Shown here: positions 24,157-36,679 of the stretch, in pieces | Layout: each line of letters opens with the position of its first letter | How positions within the stretch are numbered: the stretch's first letter is position 1 | DNA from: Octopus sinensis | Taxonomy: Eukaryota | Reading direction: 5' to 3' | Length of the DNA stretch: 64,000 bases | Assembly: GCF_006345805.1 (NCBI RefSeq) | Contig: NC_043011.1 | Location: 33,058,464 to 33,122,463 of the forward strand | Notes under the pieces: generated by a model | The model's input: the letters and a program-made list of their open reading frames with translations, nothing else | Told to the model about the DNA's origin: nothing | The model's database searches: none | Program-made: the position numbers and the translations under genes

Positions 24157-24158
<2 letters not shown>
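23976..24158 (+). mobile_element. Probable Penelope-like element terminal remnant: perfect 58-bp palindrome plus a minimal hammerhead-like motif
   Basis: Palindrome at 23976-24033; CCGACGA-acg(gtaa)cgt-GAAAC-tccga-GTA at 24020-24049 flanked by complementary stem I strands; set between (TG)n and (TA)n tracts. Confidence 0.55.
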
Positions 24159-24224
<66 letters not shown>

Positions 24225-25038
24225 TACATGCAGTAGAAGCCATATTAGATTAAAATAGCCATCTGTGTATCATACATAATGCAGATACATCGTAAAAAAG
24301 CAATTTAACTGCAGTACTCAATTGGGGTTAATAGCTCTTATGATCATGCTGGTTCTGTTCTACATCATGGATTTTTCTTCAGTCAGGTGTCTAATTGCAA
24401 CACCGGTGATTTTTCAATCACTGTTTTTCTATGCCAGTAGTGATGGATTTCATCTGAGAATGTGGTAGACAGTGAGTACGTGCAACTGACAAAGGCAGAT
24501 GTGGTAATAATGCACATATATTTTTCTCACAGCTGCTGCTAAACAATTTATACATTTGTGTTTTTAAACACATAAACACAGTACAAACATAGGTGATATT
24601 ATGTCTGAAGAAACACTGCAGTTAATTTGCCTTTTTTACTATGTATTTGCATTAAGTATAATACACAGATGGTACATATATATGTGCTAAGATAATTCCC
24701 CCCCCCCCATTATTTCGTCCTCGATTAATTTGTCCCTGGTCAATTTGTCGTTGATCAATTCATCCCAATATACATTCAATGTGATTTTCAAGGGAAAATT
24801 TAGAACAATCACTTCAGAATTAAAATTGTCATTGGATAGATTTAGATATTTTTCTCCCTTTCTTTAACACCGCCTCTTTCTCTTTCTCTCTCTTAAGTAT
24901 CTGCGCTGAACAGTTTACGAACATAGATTTTCGAGCAAATCAAATTGAATTTATTCAATAAGTCCACCCTTCAACATGACTACCTGCAAGATCATAACTT
25001 CAGAAAAAAGGTAAAATCAAGGTGGTAAATGAAGAAAA

Positions 25039-25533
25039 TCTATATATATAAAACTCTAGTTGTGTGAGTGTCTGTCCCCTTCGATTTAGATTCCTAACTC
25101 CTCCCACATTTTGCGGTGCAGTTTAACCAAATTCGGGTATCTTATAGTCGTGATTCATATCGAGCCCGTCTGACTATTAGCGCGCGTCAACGATTTTAAA
25201 AATAATTGAACATAATTTTTTATTCCATTTTAATGCATAAAATGCATCGTATGTCGATGGCGGCGGAGTGGGCGTCCACGCTCACAGCTGCACCTGTTTG
25301 CTTCTCCCCCTTCCCTCCCTCGTGAAGCTGTGGGGAAGGGAGTGTAAAGAAATCAACGTCGTAATGCGTTGTAAAGGAAACCAGCGTTCTTTTAGAACAA
25401 CGACTTCATGGCTTGAAGACACCAAAACAAAAATGGCTAAGAAAGCCCGAATTTATAAGGGAAGTAACTCTCTAAAAATGCTTATATAGTTATTTCCCTT
25501 ACAAACCCGAGCAACGCCGGGCGATACTGCTAG
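25039..25533 (+). mobile_element. Non-autonomous Helitron, 495 bp
   Basis: Canonical termini: A|TCTATATATATAAAA at the 5' end; subterminal hairpin cccg-agcaacgc-cggg (25506-25521) then CTAG|T at the 3' end; no TSD. Confidence 0.85.
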
Positions 25534-25664
25534 TTATATAAACAAAAAAAATAAGCAGAATGCAAATGGATTGAAGATATGCTGGAGGAGTGAAAATCAT
25601 TTGTGCAAAGTAAGACTTCGTACAGATGAAAATTATAAAGAGCTTAAGAAGATTGGGATCCATA

Positions 25665-26113
25665 ATTGGGATCCATTGAAACTCCGACGTCTGGCAGCTG
25701 ACTTGGCAGACACCCATAAAATTACCAACCATCTTACAAACGATAACTCTGAACACCTTTTCAAACACCACCCGTCTAACACCCGTGGACATATTTACAA
25801 AGTCAGAAAACAGCACAGCTCCCATGACTTTAGGAAACATTTTTTCACTCTGAGAGTTGCTGAAGCATGGAACAAACTGCCGACATCAGTTGTTAGTTGT
25901 CGGAGCACTGCATCCTTCAAAACTTCCATGCTTCTGAGATTCGCCAACACTACACCTGATTTCCTCCCCTCCATACACACACAAGCATGTATCTGACTCA
26001 TACATTGTTCGCTTTCCAGACATTTGTACATTACTGCATATACTTTATACGCACTTTCTGACAAGTTGTGGTGCAACTGAGCACTGTATACAATAATTTC
26101 ATTATATTATTAT
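25665..26113 (+). mobile_element. 5'-truncated CR1-clade LINE (ORF2 C-terminus and 3'UTR) with (ATT)n tail
   Basis: LKLRRLAADLADTHKI...TRGHIYKVRKQHSSHDFRKHFFTLRVAEAWNKLP; same family as 47705-48150. Confidence 0.9.
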
Positions 26114-26486
26114 AATCACGCTTCAAATACTGCAGAGGTGAATGCATGGATAATAGTTTCAAATATTAAAGTCTATTTCATCTTGTGATGCCCCTCGCTC
26201 AATTATCACTAGTGAAGTTCAGAATTTAAAAATCTGTACATTGTCACAAATACTTCCATTTGCACAGCTTAATAGGAATATTATATGTTGGAGGCAAGCT
26301 GATTTCAACTATCCTGCCATCCAACTTAGATATGTTGGGTTTTCTATTCCTACCTTGACAATGATGAGACGTTTTTACAGTATGACAGCAGGATGGAAGA
26401 TTCAAATTGAATACTAATATTTGCAAGTGTCAAAGCACCTCGACAGTTAAAACGGTACAGGAACTGGATATTTTTTTTGGTTATAT

Positions 26487-26908
26487 ACTCTTTTACTCTC
26501 TTTTACTCTTTTACTTGTTTCAGTCATTTGACTGCGGCCATGCTGGAGCACCGCCTTTAGTCGAGCAAATCGACCCCGGGACTTATTCTTTGTAAGCCCA
26601 GTACTTATTCTATCGGTCTCTTTTGCCGAACCGCTAAGTGACGGGGACGTAAACACACCAGCATCGGTTGTCAAGCAATGCTAGGGGAACAAACACAGAC
26701 ACACAAACATATTCACACACACTTATATATATATATACATATATACGACAGGCTTCTTTCAGTTTCCGTCTACCAAATCCACTCACAAGGCATTGGTCGG
26801 CCCGGGGCTATAGCAGAAGACACTTGCCCAAGATGCCACGCAGTGGGACTGAACCCGGAACCATGTGGTTGGTTAGCAAGCTACTTACCACACAGCCACT
26901 CCTGCGTC
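26487..26908 (-). mobile_element. tRNA-derived SINE, family A
   Basis: Reverse complement gacgcaggagtggctgtgtggtaagtagcttgc...gactgaaacaagtaaaagagtaaaagagagtaaaagag. Confidence 0.92.
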
Positions 26909-27374
26909 TATATACTTTACCTTATATATATATACTTTACATTCAGATTGATAATTTTAATGCAACACAATTGTTTGCATAGCTCTCTGACAGAAGCCAA
27001 AACACATATAGTAGACTTTTAGCCAAAATAAAGGACTTACTGCAGAGTGAGAGACCTGATGATATTGTAGCAATATCGTCTCTCAGTGCTATCTTCACTG
27101 TTTGAGAAGAGTATATAGAATGACCTCGGTCGAGATTACAAACAGCTTTGGCTAGTTCAACATTGATGTAAAGACTAATTCGATTGGCTGACACGTTGGT
27201 CTCTACTACGCTCGCACCGCTGGTTATAACTTGGCGCAAAATGTCTCGACTTATTTTCGCGCCATAGTTCCAAGCAGCCAATCACAGCTTTCCATTTCGG
27301 AAGTTCATTGGGAGCCATGTAAAGCCTATAAATAAGGTTTCTCAGAAGAATATTCGTCTTAGGTTTCCAGTCCT

Positions 27375-30300
27375 GCTGACGAGAATATTTTATCCCGCCT
27401 GGTCGGCACCTATATAAAGTTGTCACTGTTGTTACTAAAAACAAAAAGAAAAAGAAAAAAAAAAGTAAGTTGGTTTTTTCGTTAGTCAAATTTATTTTGA
27501 CCAATTTCAGTGAAGACGCTGAGGAGGGGTAGGCCAATAATGGCCAGCCCGAAGGCGGACAGAGCGGAGGTCCAAACCCAGGTCCTTAGTCCAGAGATGT
27601 CCAACCTGGAAGGAATAATGGCTATACCCGACATTTTCTCGGACGAGGAGGAAAGTGGGAGAGTCAGAAAGAGTATAGATGTGCCAAGCATGGCAAGGAA
27701 GGTGCTAAACTTCGCCGAGGCAGCTAGTCCGAAGGAAAGAAGGATTAACTAACCAGGGTGGAAGAAGCGAAGAAGATAGTGTCTCGAGACGGGTACAAGA
27801 TTAAACTAAACCAGATGAAAGAATCTCTCGAAGAGATAGAGAAGAGAACGGTAATATTCAAAACATACCGTAACATAGAAAGGAAAATAGACTTTTCATC
27901 GGAAAAGGAAGTGGAGGCGTGCCTACTACCCATCTGGGATAAAATCACATTTTTAACCAGGGGTAAGAGGTACGGAACTGTGGAAACTAGGTTCAAGACA
28001 GAAGAAGAAGCGAGGGAACATTCAATGAAGCCCCTAAAAACAGGCATAATAACCCTTCTGCCTATCTATAGAGGAAGGCGTATTTCAAAAATTACGGTCG
28101 CCAACATACCGCCGGAGATCGAGCCCGAACTGATAGTGGGGGGTCACTGCAGGGCTGGAAGACCAAATGGAAGTGCGTGATGCCACGGTGGTGGTAGAAG
28201 CCAAAAAGTGGCATGGACAGAAAGTACAAATTATTGTACAGGCAGAGCAGGTCGCCTTGGAAGAGATAGGCGAGGTCATCGAAATAGGAGAGAGCCGGAT
28301 GGCAGTAATGGTGGAGGGCCGGAAGCCCAGGTGTTTCACCTGTGGCAAGAAGGGCCACATCAAAAAGGACTGTAAGCCGGCGGAGAAGGAAAAGAGCGTA
28401 CCCACAAAACCAAGTGCTCAAGTGGCGGCTACAGAAACGACAGCCGCAACAGAAGTAGGGGAGGGGTGGTCACAGGTTGCTGCGACAAAACGAAAGCACA
28501 ACAACCCCTCCCCGGAGAAAATTATAAGCAAAGAGAAGAGAGAAGTAAAGAAGGCGAAGAAGCCGGAGAGGGAGAACAGGGTGTATGTGGCGATGAATAC
28601 CGCAAACAGGGAAGTGGTACGCAGAGTGGAGACTCAACACGTCGAGGAGGTGGAGATGGAAGCGAAAGGTGGAGGCTGGAGATGCTACGTGATGGGACTG
28701 AAAGGGTTCAACACGTATGCAAACGACTTTAGAAAAGACGTAGGCACACCCAGAATGAGCAAGGAGGATGCCCTGAAGGATGCAGAAAGAAAGAACAACA
28801 ACGCGCCGAGTCCATGTTCGTCTGAGGCAGAAGAGACGGGTCCCCCCCGCCGGCCGGACCCAGAGGAAATAAGGTAGGCAAACTATGGCTGTTTACGTTG
28901 GTTGCATAAATGTGCGCGTCCTGGTAGCGAACTGGAAACAAGGTCGTTTACTAAACGATATCAGGGCGCGGAATTTAAATGTAATTGTCGCTACTGAGAC
29001 ACGAATCGAAGGGCCAAGAGATCTACTCCCGTTCATGGAAGGCTACGAGAAATTTATTTCTCCTGGACGGCATGTGGGCGGGAGTGGGGTGTTGGTTCTG
29101 CTTAAAAAGATAGTGTCGCAGAGAAAAAGTTGATTTTTTTGATTCAGAAGGTAGGCTGGTCGTCTTAGATCTGACGTTCAGTTGTGGTAAAGAAATCAGG
29201 CTGGTGGCGGTGTATGCACCTAATACGGGTCAGACTGATTTTTATCGAGGCTTGGAGAAGTTTCTTGGCACGTCAAAATCCTTAGTCATGTTAGGGGACT
29301 TTAATGCCATAGTCGACGCGCGCGTCGATGGCATTGGCTCGAAAGATAGGAAACCAAACGCTGGCTTCGGGATCTACTGAGTCGCTTTCAGCTGGTAGAT
29401 CCCTACAGACTTGAATTCCCGAACGCTCCACAGTGGACGTGGTTAAGTGGCGACGGGTCTATCGGGTCTTACATAGACAGAATTTTTATTAGAAAAATAG
29501 ATAAAGGATTAGTTAAGTGTCCACGGTTTCACACGGTCAGTTACAGCGATCACAGGATGGTCACTGGCGAACTGAACCTAGATAAGTTAGGTAGTAGGGG
29601 ATCCGGCTACTGGAAACTCAATAAGTCCCTCCTGGCTATTGAGGAGTACAGAAAGCGGATCGAGTTAGTAGTGAAGAGGGCGTTAACCGGTTCCATTATT
29701 AACAACAAATGGTGGTACGCCCTCAAAAGAGCCATCAAATACGAGTCCGTTAGATACAGCATAGGTCTAACAACTAGCGGGCGTAAGAAAGAGATGGGGC
29801 TAGTTAAGGCCTTAGAGGAAGCCATCAGAGCTGGCGATGGGGCCCAGGTTAGGCTGAGGAGACTGGAGTTGAACCAGCACCTCGAAGCCCAACATATGGG
29901 TTGCATCGTCAGAGCTAGAATTCGCGCAATGGGGTGCGAGGGTATCAAGGCTGCCGGATGGGCACGAGTTGTGGAGGCTCAACGTGGAAACGATTCCACA
30001 ATTAAGTCTGTGACGAACGGGCGAGGCAATGTGATCACCGAACCAGAGGAGATGTGTCGGACGTTTCAGGAGCACTTCGCTCGGCTCTTTGGGGGCGACG
30101 GCGGACCGGAGGAGAGGGTGGACCTAACGGACATCCTCGCCGGGCTGCCGCGCCTCTCGGGGCAGGATGCGGAGAGCTGTGAAGCGTCGATCTCGCCTGA
30201 GGAGATAGCCGAGGTCCTGGCCGACTGCGGTGAAGGCAGGGCGCCGGGGATCGATGGTTTACCTTACGAACTATATAAAAGAATGCCAGACTTGTTCGGG

Positions 30301-32521
30301 AACGTGCTGGCCGGCGTTTTCACGAACTGGCGGCAGAATGGTTCATTCCCAGGTCTGTACGTCGGGGAGTGGTGACGCTGATCAGGAAGGACCCGAGCAA
30401 GGGGGACAACATAGACAACTTTCGGCCCATCACACTGTTAACACAGAGGTGAAGATTTTGGCCAAGGTGTTAGCGAAAAGGTTGACGCGTGTCGCGGGTG
30501 GTCTGATCGGGGAGGCACAAACTTGTGCGATCCCTGGAAGAACCATCCAGGACAATCTTCACCTAGTACGCTACACAATAGAAAGGTTTGGGAATGACTC
30601 TGGCAAGGGTGGGGCATTGGTCCATTTAGACCAGAGTAAAGCGTTTGATAGGGTGAACCATCGGTACTTGGTGTCCGTGCTGGCGCAGTTCGGTCTGGGC
30701 ATTGGCTTCCTCAGGTGGATCATACAGTTGTACGATAACATCGACTCGATCGTTCGGGTGAATGGCTTCCTGTCGAAGCCGTTCCGCATCAAACGGTCTG
30801 TTCGTCAAGGGTGTCCGCTCTCCCCGATTTTGTATGTGATGGCTCTCGAGCCATTGCTGCGAAAGCTGAGCGCCATCCCGATGAATCCAGGAGGTGGAGG
30901 ATCTGTGACATCGTATGCGGACGACATCACCATCATCGTGACCGAGGTGGAACTCCTACGTAATGTGGGAGACGCCATCAAGGCTTACGAGACGGTGACA
31001 GGAGCAAAGATTAACCGGGGAAAAATCGGTCGGCTTGCAACTCGGCACCTGGAGGGGCAAGTCGATGCCTTCGAATAGCATCGTGGGATGCTGGACGGAG
31101 GGCCCGGTTAAGCTGCTAGGGATCTGGTTTGGTCCAGGTCTCCAGATAGAAAAGAACTGGTCTGAGGTGTCGGGCAAGGTGGCTCACGCGGTCGGGACTT
31201 GGTCCGGACGGTGGCTGTCCTTGAAAGGGAGGGCGGAGGTGGCCAATGTGTTTTTAGCATCGGTCATCACCTACCGCCTGACCGTCGTCCCTTGTCCGGA
31301 TTCGTGGTTGAGCAAGTTGGAGAGGCAGATCTTCCGCTTTTTGTGGAAGGGAAGTGCTCCTCTTGTAAGACGTTCTATCTGCTGTCAGAAACCGTTAAAG
31401 GGTGGCTTGGGGTTGCCTTGGCTGATGATGCGCAGAGATGCGCTGAGGTTAAGGCACCTTTGGCTCTACCTGGATGGTGAACGGGTGTGGTCCCCGCTTG
31501 CGAAGCAGATGTTCCCCAGCTTTGTCAGTTTCGGTGGCAGAGAAACCTGGTTTCATCGCAGACTTAGATCGAGCATGTGGTATTCGGAGTGCCATAAGGC
31601 ACTCTGCCACTTCCGCAGGTCGGGCAATGCCGGCGGCTTTGGTACCACCGCAGCTTTCTATAGCAGGTTGGTAGAGGCCGGAAATGACGATGCCTTAGGA
31701 AGGACCTTGGGCCTCGATAGAAATCAGTTGGACAGCCTGTTCCGAAGGACGTTCGGGGCCGAAGACATTGGATAACTTCCAGAAGTCTTTGACCTGGCAA
31801 TGTTTCAGAGGAGCTTACCCGTTCGGGATAAACTCACAAGGCATGGTTGGAGTGGACCATCGAACTGCCCAAGATGCGAGTGGGATCTGGAAACAGTCTC
31901 GCACGCTATTGTTCAGTGTCCGGAAGTTTCGGACGTGTGGGTATATGCCGAACACCTGTTGTGGACGGAAGAAGAGTACAGCTATCGGCTGAGACAATTA
32001 TAAAATTGACTCGCCTAGCTTTTTGACAAGTGAAGGTAAGCATTGCTTTCTCAGTACAGTAGCAGTAGCGAAAGAGTGTATATGGAAGACCAGAATGAAA
32101 GCGCGGTAACGACAGGCACCGTGATCTCTGGCTCCGCCTTGGTGACCTATTTCAGGTTCCACCTAAAAAGAAAGGTGGAGTTGGAGAAGAGGTGTCTGTC
32201 TGCGTGTGAGTTCGATAAAATATGGAAGCGTGTGGCACGGTTGCTGCGAGTGAGAGGAGCCACGTAAACATGCTGTAGGTTGGCTGCCGAGTTCGGTGGG
32301 AATAGCAGGGCTCGTGGGGTCGGCAATCCTGGTGTTCCCACTTCATGTGTTCCCTTTATGTTGTGTTGTTGTTGTGTATCATTCGATTTATCCGATTTTG
32401 TGAAATTTAAAAAAAAAAAAAAAAGTTCATTTTTTCTGTAAATACCATTTGTGTCTCATGACCCCAAATCATGATGTATTGTCCCATTCTTCGTTGGCCC
32501 CTTGTGGGTAATAAAGAAATA
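27375..32521 (+). mobile_element. Full-length Tx1-clade (L1 superfamily) LINE, copy A, 5147 bp, multiple frameshifts
   Basis: 17-bp TSD cttaggtttccagtcct at 27358-27374 and 32522-32538. ORF1 about 27540-28877 with a CCHC knuckle (CFTCGKKGHIKKDC). ORF2 about 28885-32267 with APE (GCINVR, ATETR, SDH), RT (DQSKAFD, QGCPLSP, YADD) and a C-terminal CPRC...ET..H...C zinc motif. Confidence 0.93.
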
Positions 32522-33872
32522 CTTAGGTTTCCAGTCCTTCTCAGGGCGAACCTCTGACCACACAGAGCTCGTCTTAGGCTTTTAGTTCTTTTAAGAGCTA
32601 AGTCTCTGACCACACAGAGAATACTCGACCAAGTTCCAGTTTCGAGGCAGGCGACCACCATTAATACAAGATGTTACAGATACCTCTCATACTGTTAGTG
32701 TGAAAAATCACCATGAAGAAAACGGTTACAAGATATCTATAACTAGAGAAACATAACCAAGCAGAACATATAATGAAGAAGCAGCAAGAACCATCGACAA
32801 ACATCGAAGATTTAAATTGTACACGAGACAACTACAGATTCAACTATAGCGGTTAGGTGAAATTCTCGCCACGAAGAAAACGGCTACAGTAACATGTCTG
32901 GAAGTATATTCATATCAAGAGAAAGATAACACAAACGAGTGATTCAATTAATCTCAACTGCGACATGCAATATCTTGATATGGGACTCTTATAGTGTACC
33001 TCATAAACGGTAAATCAATTATCTGTTCTTGGGTTCTAGTTTCTTCTAAGAACTACCTTAAGCCATCTGTTATTACCTGTTGCCAAGCCGATACCAACAA
33101 CATTAACTGTGAATCAAATCCCATCGTCAATTCACTGGTCAGTACCTTTTTACGCCTAACGAACACACAGACACAAAAACATGCGAACACTTACAAACTT
33201 CCAACATCAAACATGATTGTAAAATATGTACAATAAATAATGTTGTCATTCCAAACTTATGTGTATTGCCGCTGCATGTAAAATATAGTCAGTAAAATAT
33301 ATTATTAAGAATAGGATAACGTTCTTATTTTTATAATATAATTATGGATTTCAAAAAAGCAACACATAACATGTATTTGCTTTTTCTATGTATATTTTCT
33401 TCGAGGACACACTCGTGCGATATATAAGAATCTGAACTCATTGTGAAACTTTTTTTTTTTTATCAAGATATAAATATTCAATTGTGACATTTCTTTGTTT
33501 AAAGACAAAACAAAACTTTCGGCAGATTTTGACTGCCATTTCTAGCAAGTGCAGTGATATTCGCGTCGTCGCCCTTTTTATGAGATCGTAAATGACTTGC
33601 GAATTTGTTGCTATTGTTGCATTTCAGTCTTAAAACAGGAACATTGTGCAACACAAAATATTTCAAACCAGGAAAACTATCAAAACAACGATAAAAGTTG
33701 CGAGAAGCGATATACGATGACGGGAAAAGAACGTGAACGACGGTGTTTATTATTTGGTACGACGGCAATATTCATCCATGAAACAGAGTTGTTCTACTAA
33801 AAAACACAAATTATGAGCAAATATCCTATACAAATCCACTTCTATTTGTAAAATAAGCTAATGGAATTAATA

Positions 33873-33990
33873 GGAAACTTCTGGAACGTTCCAGAATACT
33901 TGTAGCACCTGGTAGAACAATATCGAAATGCCTCGTAAACTCTGGTGATGACGTCACAGTGGGAAGGGGCGTTACTCTCCACTATATATA
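33873..33990 (+). promoter_or_regulatory. HSP70-3 promoter: 5-unit HSE (33873-33897), CRE (33949-33956), TATA (33983-33990)
   Basis: GAAacTTCtgGAAcgTTCcaGAA; TGACGTCA; TATATATA. Confidence 0.9.
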
Positions 33991-34249
33991 CAGCATTGCT
34001 CACACAGCTTGTCAATCAGATTCTACAGAAGCACGACTGTAAACAACTCGAGACAAGAGTCTCAGCTGCGAAACATTTCTTTCAGTTATACATACATTGA
34101 AGCAACACTCATTCACATATAATACATTCATATATTCTACTGACACAACTGAAATACAAAGTAAGACGAGCAAGAGATAAAGAAGAAAGAAAGAATTTCT
34201 CAAGTTTTATACTGGACATTTTGAACGAACAATAGAAAAAGGAAGAAGA

Positions 34250-36154
34250 ATGGTAAAAGCACCTGCTATCGGAATCGATCTAGGAACAACCTATTCTTGT
34301 GTAGGTGTGTTTCAACACGGTAAAGTGGAAATTATTGCCAACGATCAGGGAAACAGGACAACACCAAGCTATGTGGCTTTCACCGATGCCGAAAGGCTGG
34401 TGGGTGATGCAGCGAAAACCAAGCGGCCCTCAACCCTGAGAACACGGTGTTCGATGCTAAACGTTTAATTGGACGTCACTTTAACGATACGTCCGTACAA
34501 AGCGACATGAAATATTGGCCATTCCGAGTGGTGAACACAAACGGTAATAAAGCACATGTACAAGTGGAGTACAAGGGAGAGCAAAAGCAGTTCTCAGCCG
34601 AAGAGATTAGCTCGATGGTATTGAGTAAAATGAAGGAGACAGCCGAGTCGTACTTGGCTGTAAAGTGAAAGACGCAGTAGTAACGGTGCCAGCTTACTTT
34701 AACGACTCTCAGAGACAGGCGACGAAAGATGCAGCTAGTATAGCTGGTTTGAATGTGTTGAGAATTGTCAACGAACCAACGGCCGCCGCACTCGCCTACG
34801 GTCTCGAGAAAAACTTATCTGGTGAGAAGAACGTTCTGATCTTCGACTTGGGCGGTGGTACATTCGATGTTTCCATCCTCACAATCGACCAAGGATCTCT
34901 TTTCGAGGTGAAAGCTACAGCTGGCGACACACATCTCGGAGGAGAAGACTTCGACAACCGGCTCGTTGACTACTTTGTCGAAGAATTCAAGCGTAAACAC
35001 AAGAAAAATCTGAAACAAAGCCCACGCTCTATCAGACGTCTGCGTACTGCATGTGAACGGGCAAAACGAACCCTATCGAGCAGTTCAGAAGCTTCAGTAG
35101 AGCTGGATTCTCTGTATGAAGGCATTGATTTTCACTCGAAGATTACTAGAGCACGCTTCGAGGATCTTTGCAGTGACCTCTTCCGATCGACTCTAGAACC
35201 AGTTGAGAAAGCTCTGCGAGACGCCAAACTCGATAAATCCCGCATCGACGACATCGTGTTGGTCGGTGGATCGACACGCATTCCCAAGATCCAGAAATTA
35301 CTTGCCGACTTCATGCAAGGAAAGACCGTCAACAAATCCATCAACCCAGACGAAGCTGTCGCCTACGGAGCTGCCGTACAAGCTGCTGTTCTGTCTGGAG
35401 ACGCGAGCGATTGCATCAGAGACGTACTACTTGTAGATGTAGCACCGTTATCTCTTGGAATCGAAACGGCTGGTGGTGTGATGACCAAACTTATCGAGCG
35501 TAACAGCAGAATACCGTGTACGGCATCCAATGTATTCACTACGTATTCAGATAACCAGCCGGCTGTTTCTATTCAGGTATTCGAAGGAGAAAGAGCAATG
35601 ACAAAAGACAACAACTGCCTCGGACGTTTCGACTTGACTGGCATTCCACCAGCTCCCAGAGGCGTACCTCAAATAGAAGTCTCCTTCGATATGGATGCCA
35701 ATGGAATACTCAACGTTTCTGCTGTCGACAAAAGCACCGGCAAAAGCAACAAAATTACCATCACCAACGACAAAGGTCGTTTGAGCAAAGAGGAATCGAA
35801 AGAATGCTCAACGAAGCTAAACAATACGAGGCAGAAGACGAAAAGCAACGCCAACGTGTTGCAGCTAGAAACCAGTTGGAGCATTACATATTCAGTGTGA
35901 AACAAGCAGTCAATGAAGATAACGGTAAACTGTCCGAGCAAGATAAGAAGCAAGCAGTGGAAATGTGTGACCAAACATTACAGTGGATAGACAGCAACAG
36001 TCTAGCAGACACAGACGAATTTACCTACAGACTTCAGGAAGCACAGAAAATTTGCTCTCCTATCATGTCCAAACTACACACATCGTCGTCTTCTAACAAT
36101 AATCCTTGCACATCGCAAACGTCCAGTGGTCCAACGATTGAAGAAATGGACTAA
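34250..36154 (+). pseudogene. HSP70: HSP70 copy 3, full length but with three 1-bp deletions as sequenced (pseudogene or assembly error)
   Basis: ORF pieces 34250-34468, 34447-34668, 34665-35900 and 35804-36154 join into a complete HSP70 ending GPTIEEMD. Deletions near 34415 (A5->A4), 34657 (G3->G2) and 35795 (A3->A2) are all in homopolymers. Confidence 0.9.
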
Positions 36155-36679
36155 TTTCTTATCTATTCATACAACATTTGATAAATACTGTGATATATCT
36201 ATTACTCAGTACTCTTTTCATACTATTATTCTCATTCGTATCAGCTCAATGACATTGTGAACTTTCATTATTTATTCATCCATCCTATTGACATTTTGTA
36301 AAACAATCTCCAAAATCTTTTGTATATTTTTTTAGAAGAATATAATTGATATTTTCTTTCACAAGAGTGTCGTTGTTATTTTATATTCGTTTATTGTTTG
36401 TTTCCTGTAAATTATTACTCGTATGTTTATGCATGCTATTCCTTGTTGCTATATTACAAGTTTCCTTTTAAACATCATAAGGTAATTTCTACAGTAAACA
36501 GGTAGAAATGTTTATCGGAGAGGAAGCATAAGAGCGAAAGGTGAAACAGCTAATGTTGCTTTGGTGAAACTTACAGTGGAAGACGCTAATTTTGATTGCT
36601 TATTGACAAATGTCATTCGATAACAATAACCATCTCTTAACAATTAACTTAATCAACCTAGGATTTCCGTAAAAAAATG

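Noticed and set aside
26943-27281. 112-aa minus-strand ORF next to Tx1-A
   Set aside because: No recognisable domain; runs into SINE-flanking sequence.
32408-32423. A16 run taken as the poly(A) tail and end of Tx1-A
   Set aside because: No TSD flanks it; the 17-bp TSD places the end at 32521, so the run is internal to the 3'UTR.
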